A DNA stretch of 63,991 nt, the filler included, from Neolecta irregularis DAH-3 (lineage: Eukaryota): the NCBI GenBank assembly GCA_001929475.1. It is 9 parts of 9 records of this genome, joined end to end, with 100 filler letters (N's around TTAATTAATTAA, not from the genome) between each part and the next. Parts side by side here need not be neighbours in the genome. Positions count along the whole stretch, not along the records: positions 1 to 25,834 come from LXFE01000468.1; 8 more parts are not named here. One strand, written 5' to 3'. The notes under the pieces were generated by a model that saw nothing but the letters and a program-made list of their open reading frames with translations, had not been told where the DNA came from and ran no database searches. The translations under genes and the position numbers were made by a program. Every line of letters begins with the position of its first letter. Within the stretch, counting starts at the first letter, position 1. Below, in pieces: positions 1 through 8,836 of the stretch.

Positions 1-652
1 TGAAAATGCAATTTGAGGCTTCTTGAGACATCCAGAGGCGCTTGGCGTTCCGGTCTCGGTGAAATGCGTATGAAAAGACCAAAGGCTGACTCTGTCAACA
101 CGAATGCTTCAGAATGCGGACATTGTCGTTAGAAAATTCAATTTGAGGCTGTCGTAGAAACTTCCTGATCCGGAGAGTTGTCTGGATTGTTTCAACAGCC
201 TGTCTTGAGGATGGTCAAGTTTTTACTTCGTTACTTTTCCCAACTCACTTCCGCTAAAGATTTCAACCTTTGAGACAGCCCCAGAATACCCTAATGCCAC
301 TGAGCCGATCCGTTCACCTGCTCTGCCCAGACTCAGTGCTCCCTCGATTGATATTTTTTGGAGACATGGTTCAGATAACTTGGACTGAGAAGTAGTAGAG
401 AGTATAGAGATACTATTTTGAATTCCTCCACAGTTTGGAATGTATATCTTATACCGCGGTTGCGGATATAGCAGTCACCCAGATATTTCTTAGCGATCTT
501 ATGGGCAATGTGAAGCTGCCAAAAAGATGAAAAGATAGCATTTCCACAGCTATTCCATCTACTCGGCATGTTTCTGAAAGGGGAGGTCCGTTTTTTCTAT
601 ACCAGGGTTAAAGCGCTGCACTACCCATATCAAATTTGCTAGCGGGAGGAGG

Positions 653-1075
653 TTGTACACTATCACCTGGCAAACAGACCCTGGCACAAATTACTCAAGA
701 GTCTCGATTATCTTGAAGAAAGACGATGATACTGTCCTCACCATCGCGGAATCAGTCGAGAACACTGGCTCGTATCTATGGAATCCAGATACCAACCTGC
801 CAGCCAGCGAGTATTATGAAGATCAAAAGTACGTTTTGGGTGCCATCACAACAGCCCTCACAAAAATTACGGGACATGCTCCATCTGTGCAGTGTCGAGG
901 TGGGTTAGAGCAAGTCTGGTATTATTTTCATAGTATGTCTAACGATAGCAACTTCACTTACATTGAAGCTATGGGAAGTATCACAAGTGGCAACTTTATT
1001 CCTATTGACCGGTTGGATAAGGCAACTGCCCGGGACTGTAGGATATCCTCCATAAGATATGGGAATTCAGGATGA
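653..1075 (+). pseudogene. Chimeric ORF or gene fragment: Kre9/Knh1-like N-terminal (Ser/Thr-rich GPI family) domain fused to an RNase T2-like C-terminal segment
   Basis: N-half YTITW...VSIILKK...TIAESVENTGSYLWNP matches the Kre9/KNH N-terminal pattern. C-half AITTALTKITGHAPSVQCRGGLEQVWYYF...GSITSGNFIP...DC..SSIRY resembles fungal RNase T2 C-termini. No ATG start (TTG), no signal peptide and no CAS I/II catalytic histidines seen. Confidence 0.45.
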
Positions 1076-1198
1076 GATTGTCTTATAAACAAGCTTTTCA
1101 TTTGTCTCCAAGAATGTGCTTTTTTGAAAAATTCTTAATTAATAACAGGCTTCATGTAGATATATTGAATAAATCCTAGCGAGTGGTAATTGGTCAAA

Positions 1199-2030
1199 TC
1201 AGTTGGCGGTCGGACTGGATCTCCACGCCCTTCCATTAGTACTTCCAGATGGAATCTTCTTATCCACCTCGATCAGATTCCCTTGTTCTTCGTATTGGTG
1301 ACGTATTTGATCGACCATATTCTTGATAAATCTTTGGCTCTTGCCCGAGCTATCGTTGATCCTGAGCATCAGGCATTCCCAAAACTCTGAAAGTCCGTCT
1401 TCCTCAGATAACTCGTCTGATTCACTCCAACTCGGGCTGACTGTATCGAAAATTTCCTTGAGGTGGCATTGATGCTCTGGAACTCCTCGATTAAGCAGGG
1501 ATCCAATAATTTCCATCTTGTCGAGATTTCCCCATACGTTTCCTCTTGCGCAGGAAACAAGATTCGAGATGATCGTCAATACGTTCTCTGATGGAATTCC
1601 CTGGATCAGGGTTATATGGCTTTGCACATGCGATAAAAGACGAGTTTGGATATATTCAGCTTGTTTTGCACGGCCGACACGTTTCAGGGAACGATATAGT
1701 TTTGCAATCGTTATTCCCAGACCTGGGTGTTCCCTCATGTGTTGCCACAGATCCGACGCGATTTCATCGTTTGATCTGCCCCCGAATGAATCCGTTAGTT
1801 CGGCATCGAGACGTTTTAGGTAGGAGAGGCAGTCGAGACGGTACCGTTTGCAACAGAGTTGAAGATACCTCAGGTCTCTGTTGCTCAAGTCATCCAAGAT
1901 AGGATCTTTCAGGTTGTTGGGAAGGGATGTCCAGTCGAGTTTTAGAACCTCAAAGGGTGGTTTCTCATCGGGGAGATTCTCTGCACTGAGCAAGTCTCAA
2001 GAAATCAATCGTACCATCTTCTTTGACCAT
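1199..2030 (-). CDS. F-box-like protein, probably lineage-specific
   Basis: N-terminal LDWTSLPNNLKDPILDDLSNRDLRYLQLCCKRYR fits the F-box consensus. A short first exon MVKED (ATG 2030) and a 34-nt GT-AG intron join in frame to ORF 1199..1993. Confidence 0.6.
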
Positions 2031-2364
2031 GATGGAACGCCTAAGATATAAAGAGAAATAGGAACTTTTCTGCTCCAATTGAATCTATAGCTATTTATAA
2101 TGGGTTGTGGAAAGTCCAAAGAAGTCAATTACTCAAGTGTGCTGTTAGCCTCTGCCGATCACTGAAATGGCCAGGTAGGCTTATATAGTTGTCATAATCC
2201 ACCTACTTGAGGCGAAGAGTCCAAGTCCGCAACTATCCACTATTACAATCTTTTGACAAAGTAGCGGGAGGGAATTGAGAGCTCATACAGACAAGTGACA
2301 CGTAATCAATTGCATCAGACGTCGGTAGTGGATCGCTCCTCTACACCTACTCCCACCTTTTGGA

Positions 2365-3582
2365 ATGGTCGAATTTGTTGTATTCACGGGCTGTCCCAAA
2401 ATCGACAAGTTTACGGCGGACAGATGGATTTTGAAACTCGAGTTGCATTGGGAATTTCTACAACGGCCTCCGGGGTGCTCTTTTGCACGAGTGGCATTGT
2501 TTTTCCGCCTGCTCAACACACATCTTCAAGGAATTGCAGCAGAATGGGCGGATACAAATCCGACATTTAAAGATTTGTTGCAATTGAGTGCTCCCAGCGA
2601 GAAGGATCGCCAGCGGCTGGTGCATGCATTTATCGAGCGATTCACGACTCCGAAGAAATACATCGACGCTGAGATTTCGGAGCTTGGACAAGGGCAGGAT
2701 GAGAGTTTGTACGAGTATTACCGAAGAGCAGAGGTTATTCTGTATCGAGCGGGCGTCGGCAATGTGTGTTTAACATACAACACGGCTACGGCCGCCGAGG
2801 CTATGGCTAGTCGGCAGGTGGCCACGGCCTTTCTCAAAGGCTTATCCAATGAAGAACTGCGCTATTCTGTGGGCCGGGAGTCGTTGGACAAACCGCTGTT
2901 TGAGATCTACGAGTCGTGCGAGCGGTTGTCGCATCTGCAGCAGGGCGCCAGTCGCCGAGAAGTCAAAACGCCGGGCAGCACTCCTGTCAAAAATAAAACA
3001 GAAATAGTGGACGAAGAAGATCGCGGGTGTGCTTCGGTCGACGGTGTCTCTGACAAGGAAACGACGGTTCACAAAACAGAATCCCGCATAGGCGAAACCC
3101 AGAATTTCTCGAATAGCCAAGAACATCAGCAGCCGTTCAATTTTTCGTTTCCCGCACCAGATCCTGCTCGGTCAGACGCAAACAGTTTTCGGCAGGGATC
3201 GCTTCACGCACGTCATAGCTTTGCTTCGCCTAGCCCGCCGAATGAATCGATTGTTCCTGTAACTGCCGAACAACCGGCAGTGGTGAAGACTTTATCGCGT
3301 GCAACTTCGCTTCACCGCCGCTCGGCCAGTCACTTGGAGGAACGACTGGATACGCCGTCTGGCCGATTGCCGCCAGCCGAAGACCTTTTCGACAAGCTGC
3401 CGACCCCGTTGATCGCAGCGGCGGGGGACCTGCCGGGGACCTTGATGGAGTTTGCCCCGGATACGATTGCAACCGGCAGGGAAAGTCCCAAGAAAAAGAG
3501 AAAGGCTAAAAAAAGCAAGAATGCCCTGGTGGGTCTGTTTAATCGCACAAGCACAGTTGTAGACCGGTCAGTTGCTGCTTGA
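2365..3582 (+). CDS. Stand-alone Ty3/Gypsy Gag capsid-like protein, copy 1 (405 aa, intronless)
   Basis: L.G.AAEW...FIERF...EISELGQGQDESLYEYYRR...FLKGL is the retrotransposon Gag capsid pattern. It is followed by a Ser/Pro-rich tail ending in basic PKKKRKAKKSK. No zinc knuckle, protease or RT follows. Confidence 0.75.
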   Translation: MVEFVVFTGCPKIDKFTADRWILKLELHWEFLQRPPGCSFARVALFFRLLNTHLQGIAAEWADTNPTFKDLLQLSAPSEKDRQRLVHAFIERFTTPKKYIDAEISELGQGQDESLYEYYRRAEVILYRAGVGNVCLTYNTATAAEAMASRQVATAFLKGLSNEELRYSVGRESLDKPLFEIYESCERLSHLQQGASRREVKTPGSTPVKNKTEIVDEEDRGCASVDGVSDKETTVHKTESRIGETQNFSNSQEHQQPFNFSFPAPDPARSDANSFRQGSLHARHSFASPSPPNESIVPVTAEQPAVVKTLSRATSLHRRSASHLEERLDTPSGRLPPAEDLFDKLPTPLIAAAGDLPGTLMEFAPDTIATGRESPKKKRKAKKSKNALVGLFNRTSTVVDRSVAA

Positions 3583-3627
3583 TTGTGGGAGAGGTTGTAC
3601 TTGGAACTAGTCTGTATTCCTCAAACT

Positions 3628-3908
3628 GCTTTGAGAGGTAAAGTGAATCACGTTGTTAAACGCTTTGAGAGGTAAAGTGAATCACGATTTGTTAAACGCT
3701 TTGAGACGTAAAGTGAATCACGATTTGTTAAACGCTTTGAGACGTAAAGTGAATCACGATTTTCTACTTTGTAAGTGAATCAACGATTTCTGCTTTGTAA
3801 GTGAATCAACGATTTCTACTTTGTAAGTGAATCACGATTTTCTACTTTGTAAGTGAATCAACGATTTTCTGCTTTGTAAATCACGATTTAACGCTTTGAG
3901 ACGTAAAG
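3628..3908 (+). repeat. Compound minisatellite: about 4 x 36-bp units, then about 5 x 26-bp units sharing a TAA(A)GTGAATCA(A)CGATT core
   Basis: Read directly: (c)gctttgaga(g/c)gtaaagtgaatcacgatttgttaaa repeats, then ttct(a/g)ctttgtaagtgaatca(a)cgat(t) repeats, closed by a partial first-type unit. Confidence 0.95.
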
Positions 3909-4014
3909 CAACTTTTGTTATAGTGGTCGACTGCGTACGCTAAATTTAACCTTTGACACTCTATGGAATCTACAAACACACGTTTCCCCTCCTATCTCCT
4001 CTCTCATTTTCGTC

Positions 4015-5085
4015 ATGTCAATAAGCGATATAGTGCCCTTTAACGGCATTGGCACGGATGAGAGCATTTCTGCCGGGCGTTGGATCACGCAGATTGAGAT
4101 AGTGTGCTCTTTGATAGAAGGAGTCAATCGAGAACCTTCAGTTCGATTCTTCCTGCACCTGTTGAATTCCAAGCTGATTAGAAATGCGGCTGAATGGGCG
4201 GACGAGAACCCGGCGATCCAGGATATTCTACGCAAAGTTGATCCTGGAACAGAGGATCGACAGCGGTTCTGCCAGATGTTTGTGGAGAGGTTTACACTTG
4301 AGAAAACGGACGTTGTTGAGGAACTCGACAGGCTACGACAGATTGAGGGGGAGAGGCTTTATGATTATTATCGCCGGGTGGAGATTCTTGCGTTTAGGGC
4401 TGGGGCCATGGACGAGCGACCACATTGGAAGGAGCATGGGGTGAGTCAGCGATTTGTTCGAAAGCAGATAATCTTTCGATTCATTATCGGCTTGCTGGAT
4501 GAGCAAGTGTCGAAGGAGCTGCTTCGGGCCAAAGTCAAGTCTTTGAGGAAGATATATGAACTAGCCAAAGATGTCCAAATGATGAATCGAATCATCGCCA
4601 AGAGATTTCCACCGCAGCCAAGAATAGAACCTAGACCGGAATCTCCGGATATATTGGTTCGAGAGGAACCAGAAAAGCAACCGTCCCCAATTTCCAGCTC
4701 TACAAAGAACGTGAACTTTCAATCTGCAGAGTCCAGCAAGTCATTGGAAGTATCAAAAGTTGAGATCTCTATTGAGCCTCATCCGGAACCGACCGCGGAA
4801 CCCAGCGAGTCTCCCGAATGGAAGATACCGTTTGCATCACATCTTCCCGTTCGTGCAGTGCCGAGCGTTCCAGATGATCCGTTCACGGCAAGCCCGGCAA
4901 AGCCCAATGTTTCTGTCTCTCCCAAAGGAATCAAGAAGACGCCTCACCGCCGAATAGATTTTGTAAAGGAGAAGAGTCTCAAGCTGAGGCCTGTTCGGCC
5001 TGGAAACCCGTCGCCTAGTCGGGCTTCGCGGTTTGCTATCAAGAAAAGCATAGATTCAAAGGATGGAAAAGCGGGGAGGACGTAG
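4015..5085 (+). CDS. Stand-alone Ty3/Gypsy Gag capsid-like protein, copy 2 (356 aa, intronless)
   Basis: Paralogous to 2365..3582 (AGRWITQIE, AAEWADENP, DRQRF..MFVERFT, LYDYYRR.E...RAG, FIIGL, IYE). Unrelated Pro/Ser/Lys-rich tail and no pol. Confidence 0.75.
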   Translation: MSISDIVPFNGIGTDESISAGRWITQIEIVCSLIEGVNREPSVRFFLHLLNSKLIRNAAEWADENPAIQDILRKVDPGTEDRQRFCQMFVERFTLEKTDVVEELDRLRQIEGERLYDYYRRVEILAFRAGAMDERPHWKEHGVSQRFVRKQIIFRFIIGLLDEQVSKELLRAKVKSLRKIYELAKDVQMMNRIIAKRFPPQPRIEPRPESPDILVREEPEKQPSPISSSTKNVNFQSAESSKSLEVSKVEISIEPHPEPTAEPSESPEWKIPFASHLPVRAVPSVPDDPFTASPAKPNVSVSPKGIKKTPHRRIDFVKEKSLKLRPVRPGNPSPSRASRFAIKKSIDSKDGKAGRT

Positions 5086-5189
5086 ACTGTAGGTAGTGAC
5101 GACGAAATAAAACATAAATGCATTCGATTATAGATCGCCTCGGCAAACTACGACTAACAACCAACTCCCGCCAGATGAAATGCAGAGGT

Positions 5190-6797
5190 CTACAAGGCGC
5201 CTTTGCGCGTGAGATAGTCGAAGCGTTCTGCGTCAGGTCAGTCAGACGGTGATGTACATACTAAAGGTGTAGCCGACAAAGGCGGCGCCGACGAAGGCGC
5301 TGTCGCGCCTGGCAGCCCCGTCGTCAGCGGGAGCGGCAGTGGGGACGTCTGGGACATGGCCGAGGTCGTCTGTGGGAAAGTAGCTGGTGTCGGTGATGCT
5401 CTTCAGGTCTGGGACGAAGGGCGCGCGGATGTCGCGGATGGCGTCCCAGTCGACGCCGCGGAAGAAGGGGTGGGCCTTGATCTCTGCGGCGCCGTTGCGG
5501 CCGAGGCGGGTGTCGGCGGCGGTCAGCAGGCTGCCGGTCAGGTAAACCAGGGCAAGGGCGGTACCGGGCGACGAGATCGCGGGCGTCGGCGGAGAGATGC
5601 ACCTCCTCGGGAAACCACAGGCTGTCCTGCCAGTGCACGATCTTGAGGTACGTGTCGTGCGGGTTCTCGGAGCAGAACGGCGGCCAGCCGACCAGGCACT
5701 CGAACATGATGGCGCCCAGGCTCCACCAGTCGCACTCGCGGCCGTAGCCGTGGCTGGCAAAGATCTCGGGCGCAATGTAGTCGGGCGTGCCGACCTGGCT
5801 GTACGCCATCACGCGGCGGTTCTTCTTCCAGGTCGCGAGCGTGTCCGGGTGCATTGTCAGGTGGATTGCGTCGACGGCGGTGCTGTTGCGGGCGGTGCTG
5901 CTGCCGGCGGTGCTGCTGCCGGCGGTGCTGCTGCCGGCGGGCGCAAGCAGGCGCTCAAAGTACGCCGAGTCGTAGACCCGGTGGAAGCCCGTCGACAGGC
6001 CAAAGTCGCTGAGCTTGACGTGGCCGTCGCGGTCGATCAGGATGTTGTCCGGCTTGATATCGCGGTGCACAAAGCCCAGCGCATGCACGGCCTCGATGGC
6101 CAGGATGCACTCGGCCATGTAGAAGCGGGTCACGTCCTCGCTGAAGGTGTCGTACTTGATCAGCATCGTCATCAGGTCGCCGCCCGGGAGAAACTCCATG
6201 ATCAGGTACAGGTACCGCGCGTCCTGGAACGAGTAGAACAGGCTGACCACCCACAGGCTGTCGATCTCCGCCAGCACGTCGCGCTCCGCCTTGACGTGCG
6301 CCAGCTGGTTCTTGCTGCACATCTCCGCCTTGATCAGCGTCTTCATCGCGTAGATCTTGCCCGAGTCCTTGTGCTGCACCAGCCGCACCTGCCCCGTCAG
6401 CCGCAGAATCCCCGCAAATTACCTCGCCGAACGCGCCCTTGCCAATCACCTTGAGCGTCTGGAAGTCGTCCAGCCCCAGCCGCGTGCGCCGCAGCCGCAG
6501 GAACTGGTTTTCCTTCTTGCCCAGCCCCGCGAGCTGCCGGTTGCGCTTCTCCTCCGACCCGCGCTCCTGCGCCAGCCGCTGCTCCAGCTCGACCCGGCTG
6601 CCCCGTCAGAAGAGTGCGCCCAGGGGGCCGTACCGCTGCTCCCGCGCGACCGCCTCGTCCACCGCGACCTTGTAGAAATGCTCCAGCTTCAGCTTGACCG
6701 TCGCCGCCCGGTCGACCGCGCGCGCCGGGATTTGCGCCGTGCTGCGGTCGAAATAGACATAGTCGGCGGCTTCGCGGGGCGGGGGGGGAGGGTTCAT
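5190..6797 (-). CDS. orb6: NDR/LATS-family Ser/Thr kinase (Orb6/Cbk1/COT-1), multi-exon
   Basis: [28 protein letters not shown] and the NDR N-terminal regulatory region. A last intron yields the C-terminus [15 protein letters not shown] (stop 5190-5192). Confidence 0.93.
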
Positions 6798-6842
6798 GGC
6801 GGTGCAGAACCTCTAGTTCTTTTTCGACCCTACGACACCCAG

Positions 6843-8223
6843 ATGCACCCCATCCGCCGCACATTCGCTGCTGCTGCCGCCTGCAAGCACAAATCGCCCG
6901 CGCGCGTCTTTGTCGACACCTTCAAAGCCGAACTGCGCAAGAGCAAGGAGCTGCAGCACACAATAAAGGCGCTGCAGGACGAATCAGGCCGCCTCGGCGA
7001 CAGCGACGCTCTGCGCAAGGCCAAAGACGCCTATTCAAAGGCGCGGGTGCGGGCGCCCGGGTAGACGGCGCTGCTGACGGCCAGGACACTTCCGCCAGCG
7101 CTACTTCCTTCTCCTCGCACCAGCTGAAAAAGGCCGGCCGGGCGGTAGGCTCCACCGCTTCCGCCGCCTGGCACTCGCCGCCCGTCAAACACTCGCGCAA
7201 CGCCCTTTCGGCCACCGGGTCCGCCGTGGCCAGTGCCGTCGACAAGAGCACCGCGCCGATCCGCAACACGCAGACCTTCAAAGCCGTCTCTGGCGAGATC
7301 AGGCAGGTCATCGACGACGGCAGCTCCTCCAGGTACGGCGGCTTCGTCGAGCGCGACGAGCGCAGGCGCAGGCGCATCGAGCGAGATCTCAAGGACCTGC
7401 CCTCCCGCAAACGCAGAGTGGACGAGAACCCAGAGTATGTCTGCTCCTTGTCATCCTGATCTCAAGAGCCGGCCACAATGTCGTCCTGCATAAAGACTCC
7501 GCCTGGAAGGAGTCCTGGAACGAGTGGAAAGACAAAAACCCCATGATGCAGTCCCTCTTCTCGTTTCAGAAATCCTACAAAGACTCGGAAAACCCCCTCG
7601 TTTCAACTGCCAGAGACGTTGCCGATCGCCTCGCCGACTTTTGGGCAGGCGTCTTCAAGGAAACAGAAACTGCCTCCGTCGTCAAAAAGTTCAAGCAAAT
7701 GGATCCAAATTTCACTGTGGACTCCTTCACAAGAGATCTGAGAGACTATATTCTCCCCGAAATCGTAGACGCATACGTCAAAGGCGACGCCGAGATTCTC
7801 AAAATCTGGCTAGGCGAAGCCGTATGGCCTGCCCCCCCAACTCGGCTGATATCCAGCCTTTCCAAGTCTGGAGTGCCCTGGCTAAACAATATACCGCTCA
7901 GGGCCTCGTCCCAGACGGCTGCATTCTAGATATTCGTGGAGTCGATATTGTAAAATCAAATTTCATCCCTCCTAGCGATATCCCTGTTTTCGTAGTCACC
8001 TTTCGCACACAAGAAGTTCATGTATATCGGAGTACTTCCACGGGAGAAATCATGGCCGGCGTGGAAGACAATATTCAACAAGTATCAATCCCTCTAGATT
8101 TTTCTAACTTGGGTCACTTATGCTGCCGTATTCACCCGCATAGACGAAGAAATCGCAAATGAAGAAACTCGCGGTTGGAGAGTCATCGATTTTGCAAAAG
8201 CCGCCGCCAGAAATTTCACCTAG
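6843..8223 (+). CDS. tim44: Mitochondrial import inner membrane translocase subunit Tim44, multi-exon
   Basis: Presequence-like start, SPARVFVDTFKAELRKSKELQ, ETETASVVKKFKQMDPNF...YILPEIVDAY, DIPVFVVTFRTQEV and terminal GWRVIDF. Confidence 0.92.
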
Positions 8224-8785
8224 TCCCTCTTCTTCCTGATATTCTTTGCTCCCTTTCTTTTTTTGAAAATGGGCTCTGCAAGGTCCTTTTGGTCATCTAG
8301 AATGTACATCGGCATAGCCTTTTCTACAATTTGAAAGTCTCGTAGACCTTCAGTGTCGTCTTTATCGTAATCCACAGCCCGCGTCCTCTTTCCAAATATC
8401 TCGTTTGGTTTGTCTTTCTCTTCATCAGGAGCAGTATTTTCAGTCACTTCCTGCTCGCTGATAGGCCTTATATAATCCTCCTCCTTTGGGCCAACCCACC
8501 GCTCACCGATTTCTTTCCCCTTTGCCGGCTCCGGCTTTTTGGCCGCAGGTCGAGGGATATATCGAGGCAACCTCTCGCGATTCTCCGGATCCGTTTGTTG
8601 CTGTTTATGTAGCTCTTGAATAAATCTTGCAAGTTGTCGTTTATGACGATCAGAAGTGTCATGTTGTGTTTGTCCGAGTTTGGTCGATGTGTAGAATGTC
8701 TTGCAGTATTTACACCAGGATCTAGACATTAGTGGCTAGAATGACAGCTCGCATGCTTTGGTGTGGATTTCCAGGGCTCGCCCAT
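8220..8785 (-). CDS. U1-type (matrin) zinc-finger protein, WBP4/FBP21-like
   Basis: Spliced N-terminus MGEPWKSTPKSWCKYCK...HDTSDRH (C2H2 U1 zinc finger) via a 35-nt GC-AG intron 8722-8756. C-terminal IFKKRK. Confidence 0.8.
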
Positions 8786-8836
8786 GGAGTTGACGTTGGA
8801 ATCAGATCAATCGTTCATCCCTCTTATTGACTCAAC

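Noticed and set aside
3628-3908. CRISPR-like appearance of 36-bp repeats
   Set aside because: Units are contiguous with no unique spacers, there are no cas genes and the context is eukaryotic.
5876-5940. 15-bp tandem repeat encoding (AGSST)n in orb6
   Set aside because: Falls in the variable NDR kinase insert between subdomains VII and VIII; ordinary slippage.
5356-7410. Long overlapping antisense and alternate-frame ORFs (e.g. 5597..6454 +, 5955..6449 -, 6922..7410 -)
   Set aside because: Expected shadow ORFs of very high-GC coding sequence in orb6 and tim44.
5200-7800. Horizontal transfer or contamination as the cause of the GC island
   Set aside because: The genes are conserved fungal housekeeping genes with the same short introns, and GC decays gradually within tim44 rather than at a sharp junction.
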